Part shown: positions 53,311 to 64,000 of the stretch, one piece after another | How the letters are laid out: each line of letters opens with the position of its first letter | How positions within the stretch are numbered: the first letter of the stretch is position 1 | From: Laetmonice hystrix | Taxonomy: Eukaryota | Direction of reading: 5' to 3' | DNA: 64,000 nucleotides | Assembly: GCA_965235115.1 (NCBI GenBank) | Contig: OZ249436.1 | Span: 30,630,001 to 30,694,000 of the forward strand | Translations under genes and position numbers: made by a program | Notes under the pieces: generated by a model | Databases searched by the model: none | Seen by the model: the letters and a program-made list of their open reading frames with translations, nothing else | Told to the model about the DNA's origin: nothing

Positions 53311-54512
53311 CAGGGCCGTGCCCGAGGGGGGGGGGTGTCTGTAACCCCCCCCCCCCCCCCTAGGTGCCAAATATTTCCTTCTTTTTAGGTGAAGATGTGC
53401 CTAAAATGGGATGCTTGCATAAAACAGGATACCGAGCAACGGTTTGCCCAGACTACATGACGCCATCTGGCGACAATTGCTGCAGTGGCCGTGCTGTGGC
53501 GCCACTTGTCCCCAACCATCATGGCAGCGTTACGTCACGGCATATTTTGAAGAACCATGCACAAAAGTTAAATTACTACTATTTCATGTAATGTATTGTA
53601 TTCCGAAATGTAACAAACGCGTAGCTTAATGCATATAGATCCCAATGAGAAGTATTTAGATTTTAGGTGTGGATATATCAGTGTTAGTTACGAGGCTGTT
53701 TAGCTCGAGTGTCTGTGCTGTTTCTTAACAATGGCTGTCTAAATTTCTGAATGTGCCATGCCTAAAATGGGATAGTAGTATCCCATTTTAGGCCAATGGT
53801 ATATTATTTTAACAACATGCAGCATACCCAGTAAAAGTATTGCAAGAATGTCTCCAGGCCTGATCAATTATTAACAACATTCTGTTCAAATGCTAGCTTT
53901 TTTATGTTTGAGTAGGCCTATTTTAAATAAACAGTGGCATGGGAAAAGGGGGGCGGGGGGCCATGGCCCCCTAATCACTAGATAGGGGGGCCAGAGTATG
54001 TTTTGGCCCCCCAATATTAATGCCCTTGGAAAACAGGCCAACCCCCACCCCCCACCCCCACCCCTAGCCTTAGGCCTATAGATATTAGGCCTATTATAAT
54101 TTTTTAATTTATAATTTATAAGGTTTTAGGCGCTAATAGCATTAGAATGTGTAGGCCTATCCCATTTTAGAGACAGTACGAATCCCGTTTTAGGACAACA
54201 TGAGCCTAAAATGGGAAATTTGGAAAAAAGATTAAACTCAATAAAAATTATGTAGGCCTACATTTACAGTTATTTAAGTTTAGGGGGATTGGGACGTTAG
54301 ATCTATACCTATTACCCGTCAATATAAATGGACATATTTGGTAGAGCAACGACTTTGCATATTGTCATTACATGGTTTCAAAATTAAGTATCCCATTTTA
54401 GGCACATCTCCCCTACTTGGATCCGTCCACTGTGTAACCCCCCCCCCCCCCCCCCGCACCAGTAACAACCCCCCCCCCCCCCCTCCTGCACCAATCTCTG
54501 GGCACGGCCCTG
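53311..54512. mobile_element. CAG-terminated (hAT-like) non-autonomous element with G/C tracts
   Basis: TIR CAGGGCCGTGCCC / GGGCACGGCCCTG; subterminal TGTAACCCCCCCC repeats; no clear TSD. Confidence 0.55.
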
Positions 54513-54660
54513 TAGAAAAAGGTCAAACGCACCTGGGAAGCCCCCCGCCCTCAAAACAACAACAACCGCCTCCCCCCCCCCCCCCCCATGCACACACACA
54601 GGTCTACACACTTTGAAACACGTCTAGATGTACATAGATCTAAACTATACCTACACATGC

Positions 54661-54768
54661 ATCACCCCATAAAATCACGCCAGTCATCATCACACATGAA
54701 AGGCTTAGACTCTATGCCGTTAAATCAGGTGATCCACGCCGGCAGTGTGTCGTGGCCATTTAGCCAAT
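54661..54768 (+). promoter_or_regulatory. Candidate SREBP/NF-Y regulatory cluster upstream of HMGCR
   Basis: ATCACCCCAT (54661), ATCACGCCAG (54674), ATCAGGTGAT (54724) and CCAAT (54764); SRE-1 is ATCACCCCAC. Confidence 0.45.
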
Positions 54769-55260
54769 GGGTAAATTAGCATATGACGCGTAACGAGAGG
54801 TATAGATTCAGCATACAGGGGCCTACTTAGTAGGCCTAATTCGGGTAAGGGAAGGCGGTAGGCTACACACATGGCATGCCCCAGAGAGTGGCGGATCCGG
54901 GGGGGGGGGGCTAAGGGGGCTCCAGCCCCCACCCCAAGGAGTTCTGGTTAGCCTATCAATTAAGGGGGCTGGAAGTGGATTATTATTTTAGAAAAATTGC
55001 GAATATCATGGTTATTATTTTATTAATAGGCCTAGTTTAGGCCTAGGCCTAGGCCTATTAGGCCTACTAGTAGGCTATTAGCCTATAGGCCTAACCGTTT
55101 TAGATTATACATGCAGATCAGAGGCGGATCCATGCAGGGGGGGTGCAGGGGGTCTGGACCCCCTTTTTTGGTCAGGAAATAGCGTTTTTTCTGGCCTTCT
55201 GAATTTTCTGGGGAGAAACCCTGCAGGCGCATAATATGCCATTTTATTGGTAGGCCTATA

Positions 55261-56033
55261 AGTAACACGGGGCAAGACGCCCACCCGGGGTAAAAGGCCC
55301 AGTCCCTATATCTGCCACCTGGTGCATAATGCAAACATGTTTGGAACATGATACAGGTCCTGCCATCTGCCGTTTCATTCTTCTGAATTTCCAGGTATAG
55401 GCGTCATTACACGTTAAAATTTTATGCGCATTTTTTGAATTTTGTGTCATTTCTTGTAAAATCGAGGGGTAGAAACATAGTTAACCTGCTCCATAAAGTG
55501 CTGAAGTTGTTTCCGAAATGGAATAGATGTATTGTTTTGAATCTTTTCTTTGAGTTTAGGCCTAGATCAGATTCTGAGGAGAGTAATGGGGTGATAATGA
55601 GAGACTCTACGTCATTCGTCATGATATCCTCTGGGGCAAAACGCCCACAATGTACGTGTTGGGCCCAGTGTGGGCCTTTTGCCTCACTAGGGGCCTTTGG
55701 CCCCAGTGATGGTGTTAAGGACTTCGGATTAATGGTTTTCTCATAATCTATTACTTTCATATGGTTTTCGGCATAAAAACAACTTATAACTTATTCGGAA
55801 GCGTTATTTCTAAAAAATAGAAGGGTGGGCGTTTTACTCCTGGGAGGTGGGCCTTTTGCCTCGGCGTTGGGGCAAAAGGCCCTTTTTGGAGAAAATATTT
55901 CATTGACTCCCATGAACAGACGTATCATTGTTCCTAAGATTTAATGCATCCGATTTCTATCAAAAGAAGTGATTATTTAGTGTGCTATAAGCAAAGCTGC
56001 TTAAGGTGCATGGGCGTCTTGCCCCATGTTACT
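55261..56033. mobile_element. Tc1/mariner-pogo-like MITE
   Basis: 23-bp TIR AGTAACACGGGGCAAGACGCCCA / TGGGCGTCTTGCCCCATGTTACT (1 mismatch) with TA nearby; no transposase ORF. Confidence 0.7.
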
Positions 56034-59000
56034 CTAGTCTAGGCGGTTAGGCCTGCTTTGAGAAACTTCACAAGTCCAGAGGCTGGGAAATTGCGTTTCT
56101 TTGCCTTCTAACTTCGAAAATTTTCGGGGGAGGTCAGGACCCCTACCCCCCGGCCCGCACATGTTATTGGTAGACTAGGCCTGATCGACTGCTTTCAGAA
56201 ACTTCACAATTTCTGTCTCCAGATGCAAGGACATAGAGGGGGTTAGGCCTATAGCAGGTTTTTTTTGCTTTCTAAAATAGACTAAATTCAAATACATTTT
56301 GTACATCTATCTTAACTAGGGCCTAGAATCTATAGTCTATGCCTATCCCCCCCCCCCCCCCCCAAGTCTTCTACCCCCCAGGCACCATGACATTTTAGGC
56401 TTGGTATAATAGGCCTACCCATGACATATTGGACCCCCCCCCCCCCCTTTAAAAAGCTGGATCCGCTCCTGAAGATTCACACTGGTCAGCTGAACCCCAG
56501 ATCCCGCCTCTGAGCATAGACGTAAAGGGAATGCTCTGAGTCAACGGATTCAAGGGCGTACTTGCATGGACGGCTCTGCCCACATGGGGAGCTGAGGGGA
56601 ATTCCCTGTAGGTGGCGTCTTGTAGAAATTTGGTCTGGTTCCCTGATCACTCGGATAAAAGAGGCAGGGGACCAGCCAGGGTGAATTAACCAATCATCTG
56701 TGCACGTTTCATCAGCTCACTATGACGCCATAGGACGGCCATTTGCGTAAGAAAATGGGCGAACTGAACTGGAATGGGTATCATCGGATATAGCGTTAAT
56801 CTAGTCTGTTATTAGTCCGAGAAGAAATGAAATACCATGACGGGAAATCTAGATACCACCATTTACCAGCACTTATAAACAGTTGACAGTAGAAGGTAAG
56901 AAACAATGTTTCTCGAGGGGGGTTCCCTCGTTGTCGTTGGGGAAGGACTCTTCTCACTTGTGAAGTTGTGTGGTGTACTGACAGTGAATCGGTCGGCTGT
57001 CCGACTGCCACAGCCACAGGCCCGTGTCACTGGTACTGGTAGTGGTAGGTGGGCATGGTGTCACACTGGGGGAACAGGATCGTGTTGTGCTTGTACCTGT
57101 GTGAGTGACGATCAGAGTGGGCCAGGCGGGTGAAGAGGCCGCACTGCTATCCAGATTGAAGGGAGGTCGAGGGGTAGGCCTAATGATGTTACTGTTACTG
57201 TTAGTGTTAGTGTCGTCAGATGACCCCCCCCCCCCCCCCCCAGGGCAAGGGTGAAGCCAGAGCAAAGCCAAGGGCAAAGGAGATGTTATAACGGTACTCA
57301 TAGACATAGGATTTACAGCCGTTCATCATCATGAAAATTTATCAATTTCATTATCATCCATATCATATTTGGTAGGGCCTAAGCCAGGCTAATCATGATC
57401 CATCATTTTGTAAATTGTAGTACCACCGATAATCGATATTAGATCTAGCCGGCATTACCATCAGGCATCACATCAGTAAAAAAAAAATAAAAAGGGGGGA
57501 GGGGCTTCGGTTTAACCTCATAGTTATGTTAGTCATAAAGTTTTTCATGTATGGCATACCATACATCATTTCTGAAATTAGGTCTGGAATTTGTCATATC
57601 TTATTTGTGAAATTGTGTATAAATTTTCTTTGATTTCAAAAAATGACAATATTTTTGAGTCTAATAAAAGATCAGTTTCTTAAATAATTATAAAGGATGT
57701 CAACGGTCTGTGGCATCTGCGAATGGGTCAGGAATTTTTGGTTCCCCAGGTTGGCAACACTGTGCAATATAAGTAAATCAATTAAATCTTTTACACAAAC
57801 ACTGAAACAGCCCCTTGCCTTTTGAATCTAATTTTATTTCTCAAACTACAGACTTTTTTTTATTTTTTTTTTTAATAAGGTTAACTATTTTTGCCTAACT
57901 TCAGTCACTACCAATTCACTTGATGATGTAGAGTGAGGAAGGTTTTTCATTCGATACCAGTAGCCAGTTCTGATAAGCTGAGAGCACATGGCATAACATT
58001 TAGCCCTCCCAAGAATGTTCAGCTTGGTGTAGTTCACAGGACCCACACAGCAGATGAAAGCGACTCTATTGGCTGGCAGTTTTCAGGTTGTCACTGAGCT
58101 CATGAATATTAAGAAGGCCCTGCCTGATCCGACTATCAGGCCACTTCCCTGGTATAGTTTTCAACAAGTGTTCTCCTGTCCCGCCTGATATTCAGTCTGT
58201 CTGTCAACCAACCAGGATAAGGTGGTCCTTATCACCTGATAGGTGGGGATCAATATAAACCTTATGCACTAAGTAAAATAGTGATGCCACAACAGCACTT
58301 AATTCATTTCACATGTTCACTGAGATGAATGGAGTGGTAGACCTTGTTGCATCCTGGGAGAAGACAGCAATTTGAAGTCTGTGTTGTGATTTTCTTAATT
58401 ACTACGGGATCAACAAAGGCAAGATCATGATTAAGCTGTTTACCCGAGTGGACAGCTTTTCAGAGCTGGCTAGCCTTAAGGAGTTTGCAAAGGTAAGAAT
58501 GTTTTAGGTAGGGCCTGCATCATCTGTAATGAAATTGCCTTTTACTTGTTTTTCTGCCGGTCAACAGGTTTCCGTGTACTTCAATCTTTGGAGGAGTCCA
58601 AGAAAGTTTAAAAGGTGTGCAGATACTCCTGGTCCAGATTCTGGACCAGGAGTCAGGGTTTCATACAGGGGGGGGGGGGACGGGGGGGATTTATCCCCCC
58701 CATGATTGGGACGTGAGGGGGATATCCCCCCCCCCCCCCCCCATCAATCTGCAGAGCAGTGTCTGAACATAGTTTCAACGTCGACAACGAAATGTCTATG
58801 AATAATCCTGACAATCCTCCCTTCTGATGTCGAATAATATTGTAATGATGCATTTATTTAAAACGTTGGTATGATTCTGTTTGCTGTCACTGCCAATTTT
58901 GTGTTTTTGGCGTAAAAATTGTGGATTTTTTGGTGGTAGATTTAGTGAAGATTCTCGCTCTGAGAGGCCAGGAAAACGCATCTCTGGAGTTCCTGAAAAA

Positions 59001-59805
59001 AAATTTCTGTGGGAGGGCCCCCAGACCCAGGCCTGGAAATTCCCAAATTGTTTACCACAGCATTTTAAAAAAAAATGCTGTGGTGTCAGAAGTTCTCCAT
59101 GGCAATTTTGTGTTCAACCACAGCAATTTTAATTTTTCAGGTTTAGGAATTTGTGTTGATTTTCTTGCATGGTTTTTCGTGATTAGGCCTATTGCTTATG
59201 TTTCTGTTACCGTACCAATTCAGTTGTGCATTACTTCACTTCCTCAAGCTGACGATGGCTCAGAGTGAAGGCACCATTAACCAATAACACAAAAGAGCCG
59301 AAGCTCCCAATCCATTCATTCACTTTTTCTGAACATGCTGCTCAAGAAGGGCTCAAGACATACAGATAATTCTTATATACGTATTTGAATTGTATTGGTT
59401 CTATTAAAAATTGCTAAAGTGTTCAGCCTCAGGGCCTGGCCCATGGCATCTATTCTGAAGTAAAGATTCAGTGACTTAAGTTCACAATCATGCTTGCAAT
59501 ACCCAGGGGAATAATGAAAGTCTAACAGGATTTTATCGACGGCAATTGTGTGCCGTCGTTTATTGGTACCATTGGCGGCAAATCAGTCGATTACGGCGGC
59601 AATTGCTGCGAGTGCCGTCGTATATTTCCAGCCCTGAGACCCCCCCCTTCCGGCCCGCCTTCGGCCCCCATTAATTATTTTCTGGCAGAAACCCTGGGAG
59701 TATCTGCACACTCCAGAACAAACACCTCCATAATTTTCCATACCGGTACCGTACTACAAAATCTCTAAGAGCAGGTTTTCCATGTTCTAATTACAGAACC
59801 ACAAG

Positions 59806-62800
59806 ATGTTGTCACGTGTGTTCCGCATGCATGGGTTTATGTGTGCCTCCCGACCGTGGGAAGTCATCATAGGCACTATCACCCTGACAGTATGCATCAT
59901 GTCCATGAGCTTTTTTGCCACTTCTTACAAAATATGTGGCTACAATTACAAGTGTTCACAACAAGATGCCAACACAGTAAGTTCATTTGTCTTACCATAT
60001 ACATTTGTCTATAATGTTTGAGTTACTGGGACATTATAACATGACTGCTAGTAATGTTAAAAATGATGAATGATGGTTCGTTACTATCAAGGCCAATATG
60101 TCTTCAATGTTAATGCCTACTTTTGGTCCAGATATCTGTTCTAAGCAATGATTGTGATAAAGATTCAGTAAGATGATCCCTGATATCTGATCAATGATAG
60201 GATATCAAGAGCTCAGATGTCATCGTCCTCACCATAACTCGCTGCCTCGCAGTTATGTACATCTATCTACAGTTTCGTAACCTTAGGAAACTAGGATCAA
60301 AATATTTACTGGGTAAGTGTGAGCTTGCAAGTCGGAAAAGATAAATGGACAGTTGTCCAAAAATCCGGTAGTCCGATGCCCGGGACTGGTGTTTTTTCAG
60401 GTCGGACTAACCCCAAGGGCCAAGCAAATGCATTAAACTAGGCCCGATTTCTCGAAAATACTTAAGACTGAGTTTCAATCAAATCTACTCAACTCAGCAG
60501 GGTTGGACAAATCCACTAGCCCGAGGTCCGGGACCTGCCTATTATTGCTTCGGACTTATGAAAATATATCATTGGTAGTCCGACAGATTCTTGCAAAGTC
60601 GTGGTTAAACCTACTGTCATTGACAGGTGGTATCTGTCAGGACCTGGTGCCAGGCATGTAGCAGGTCACAAACCTCCATCCTCCAAGGATGCTGGAGGTG
60701 TGTGGCCTGTAATGGCAATGATGATGGCAATCTTAACATTTCCATAAACACTCCATGAAATTGTGGAGTTTTGGACCAGTGGCCCAAGAGCAGGACCAGT
60801 AAATATTCTGAGTTACTGGTCCTGGACCAGTGACTCGTAAAATAATTTGTCCAACCCTGCTCAGAGTGAGGCGTTCCAACGAACGTTTTTCTAAAGCCAA
60901 TGTGAATCCTCCATTTCATTCTATTTTTCGTGATAACCTAGTCCGACAGACATGCCCTTTTTGCCCACAACACGACTCCGGGCTAGTGGCCAAAAGTTGG
61001 ATTTTTCGACCCCTGATGGAAATAACATTTGGTGTCCTTTATGATAGTTGCTAGAACAAATTAACACCAAATTTAAAGGTACAATGTATGACTTTTGTGC
61101 CCTCCCTCTTGCAGGTATAGCTGGAGTGTTCACAGTATTTTCCAGTTTTGTATTCAGCATTGCTGTAATAAATCTAGTCGGAAGTGATCTGACAGGTCTC
61201 AAGTGAGTAGATTGGTTTCATTCCATGATAATGATTGCTGGACAGTAAGACACAGGTAGAATTTGATCAATAGTTGACCTGGCATTCATTGACTTGAACA
61301 GACAATGAAATTCATCGGTTCATCACCTGATGAATTTCATTGGCTGTTCAACTCAGCCCATGCCAGGTCAATGATTTTGTCACCAACCAGTCATGAGACG
61401 ATCGCTTCATCATGAAAAGAGGCAACTGAAATGTTTAATTTCATTAGATTTCTCTATTTCTGTAGGTATTTATTTATAAATGTAGTCTAAGGCCTTACCT
61501 AACCTAACAACCATGTCTGCATTTTGGATTCATTGAAATAAGATGTTTGCTTTAACTCTTAAAGAAAGCAAAATAGAAAGATATAAATTTGAGAGAGGTT
61601 TCTATCATTTTAAGTTAATATGTTTATTTCCAGTGAAGCCCTTCCTTTCTTCCTGTTACTTGTTGACCTGTCCCGGGCTAGTGCTCTTGCACGCTTTGCA
61701 CTCAGTTCTACATGCCAGGTAAATTTTACCTCGTAGTCGTGTCTTTTAAGTTTTACGTAATTTACTTGACTGTTCTACAAATAGGAACAATAGTGGACAC
61801 AGGGCTCAAATTAACTGGGTTCTCGTCGCGATTTGCATACCAAAATCAGTCTATTGCAAATCAAATTAAGAGATGAGTCGCAAAATATTGCCTATTGTAC
61901 TGCTTTTACAAACTGGCTAACTTAGTAGTTATTGCGAATCAAAAGTATTTTGAGCCCTGTCATATGGTTACCCGTATATCAAAGCTGTTTTTTTCTCATA
62001 TATATATTTATTTTAATGAGAGAGTCAGTGTAAAAGTTAGGAGAAAGATGTTATGCAGGAGGAAAGTGTTTTTCTGTGTCAAGACATGTATCAATCATGT
62101 ATTTAAGTCCAGAAAAGTGGCTTGAAAGCTGTTTTCTTCAGGCTAATTTCACTGAAAAAAAATTATGTTGTCACTTGTGGTTTCACAGATAAAATCAAAT
62201 CCTTACTGATGTAATTTTTTTTCAGAATGAAGTTCGTGATAATATTGCTCGTGGAATGGCAGTCCTTGGCCCATCCATGACTCTGGATGCTATTGTGGAA
62301 ATTCTTGTCATTGGTGTTGGTACACTTTCAGGTGAGTCAAATGTTTTCAGCCGTTAGTGAGTGAAAGTTGATAGTGTTACGCAATGTCAAGCCATTAGTA
62401 TATGTGTACATTTATACATACCGTATATGTCCCTTTAGCCGCGCATGTGCGTGTGCAGAAAAGCAGTGCATGGCAATTGATACAAAATTTACGGTACGTC
62501 TGGACAATCTACTACATTATGACGTCAATATCAGATAGTACGCCAGTCATCGCCATGCCGGGAAGGACAAAGCTTGTTTGAAAAAATGCGGGGGTGCACG
62601 GCAAATAGGTAGTGCGAGGCTAAAGGGACATATATTATTTAGCCCCTTGGCTTACAAGCAAAACATTATGTAACTGTTTGTGTCAAAAGCTATATTTTGT
62701 CATAATTTTCCTACATTCCAGGGGTAAAACAGCTTGAGACCATGTGTTGCTTTGGTTGTCTCTCGGTGATTGCTAATTACCTTGCCTTCATGACATTCTT

Positions 62801-63780
62801 CCCATCATGTCTTGCACTTGTACTCGAGGTAAGGCTTGTCTCCACTTGTATATATGGATTGTCTATAGTTGATTTGACTTTTTAATAATAAATATCAGAT
62901 ATTGAAGAGTTATTTCACGTTTATTAATTGAACTGAAGGTAAATTAAATTGGTGATGTATTGGTCCAAATGTGTAGCTGTCAAGGGAGTCCCTCAATGGC
63001 CGCCCAGTCTGGCAGCTGCAGCAGTTGGCCAAAGTCCTCAAGGAGGAAGAAGAACAAAAGCCTAACCCAGTGACACAACGCATCAAGATCATCATGTCAG
63101 CTGGCCTAGTCCTTGTCCACGGCCACAGCAGATGGGTGACAGCCCTCGCTGAGGGGTCCATAAAGAGTTTGGATGCCAAAGGAGAGCTCACTCGATACAT
63201 CAAGCCAGAAGTACCCCTGTGGCACTTCTACATTGAAAAGTAAAATTACTTATTAATTTTATGAAATCAGGGTGGCCCAAATCTCAAAATTTCTACTAGT
63301 CCCATGGACAACCAGATGATCATTTCTACTTGTCTGGGCTGTAGACTTAGTGGACCAAAGCATATGAAGTTGATGAACAGTGACAAATGGTACTTGTCTG
63401 GATGTAATCTCAATTTGTCCCAGACGGGTGATTTGGGCCAGCCTGTAAATACTGAAAAATTTGTAGATAAAAATAATTTTGGTTCCTCTTAGAAGCATGC
63501 TTTATTTCTGGGAACCAGTCAAGAAAAAAATGTCCTAAAATTGATTTGGTTTGAACTCCTTGCAGATTGTTTCCACCAAGCATAGATTATGTGGCAACAT
63601 TAGGGCTTGGCCTTATACTGTTTCTCAAGTATGTATTCATTGATACGGATGTTGGCCTGGAGCTGGATGTGCCCCCACATGACCCAAAACACCCGCCTGT
63701 AATGATGGAAACCTCGACTGGATATCAGCCCATCACACAGTCTGAGGTCAATACACTCAGTCAACCGCAGGATGAAACAG
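59806..63780 (+). CDS. HMGCR: 3-hydroxy-3-methylglutaryl-CoA reductase, N-terminal membrane/sterol-sensing domain (partial; continues past the window end)
   Basis: Exons 59806-59976, 60201-60312, 61115-61202, 61634-61718, 62226-62331, 62722-62828, 62977-63239, 63566-63780. Translation: [104 protein letters not shown]; clearly homologous to vertebrate HMGCR. Confidence 0.97.
62424..62634. mobile_element. MITE in an HMGCR intron
   Basis: TATATGTCCCTTTAGCCGCGCA ... TGCGAGGCTAAAGGGACATATA. Confidence 0.7.
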
Positions 63781-63791
63781 GTACCGGGGTT

Positions 63792-63980
63792 TACAAATAT
63801 TACCTGCAATGTTCTGTGAATCGTTACAAATATTACCTGCAATATGGCCTGTTGTATGAATCGTTACAAATATTACCTGCAATATGGCCTGTTGTATGAA
63901 TCGTTACAAATATTACCTGCAATATGGCCTGTTGTATGAATCGTGACAAATATTACCTGCAATATGGCCTGTTGTATGAA
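63792..63980. repeat. 40-bp minisatellite at the start of an HMGCR intron
   Basis: TCGTTACAAATATTACCTGCAATATGGCCTGTTGTATGAA, 4 full copies plus a partial one. Confidence 0.95.
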
Positions 63981-64000
63981 TTGTTTATAAAATGGGTTTA

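Overview
This is eukaryotic DNA, probably from a marine invertebrate (inferred from gene content and repeats): intron-rich and dense in MITEs. I reconstructed four protein-coding genes by hand from splice sites and reading-frame phases. (1) + strand 487-27878: a 35-exon, ~2093-aa GRL101/LGR-type GPCR with a very large mosaic ectodomain (signal peptide, somatomedin B, C-type lectin, EGF, ~5 CUB, 2 more C-type lectin-like, ~7 LDLa-type, LRR, 7TM). It has one GC-AG intron and a splice acceptor that occurs 15 times in a tandem array. (2) - strand 28450-32690: a 9-coding-exon OATP/SLCO transporter, convergent with gene 1. (3) - strand 49217-50101: a TMEM53/DUF829-like alpha/beta-hydrolase-fold protein. 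(4) + strand from 59806: HMG-CoA reductase, membrane-domain exons only, running off the window, with SRE/E-box/CCAAT-like clusters upstream. Non-coding DNA holds many non-autonomous TIR elements (several nested), a tRNA-derived SINE with a 14-bp target-site duplication, minisatellites, and an unexplained multi-hairpin GC-rich block at ~51.1-51.45 kb. No database searches were run, so family calls rest on motif recognition.
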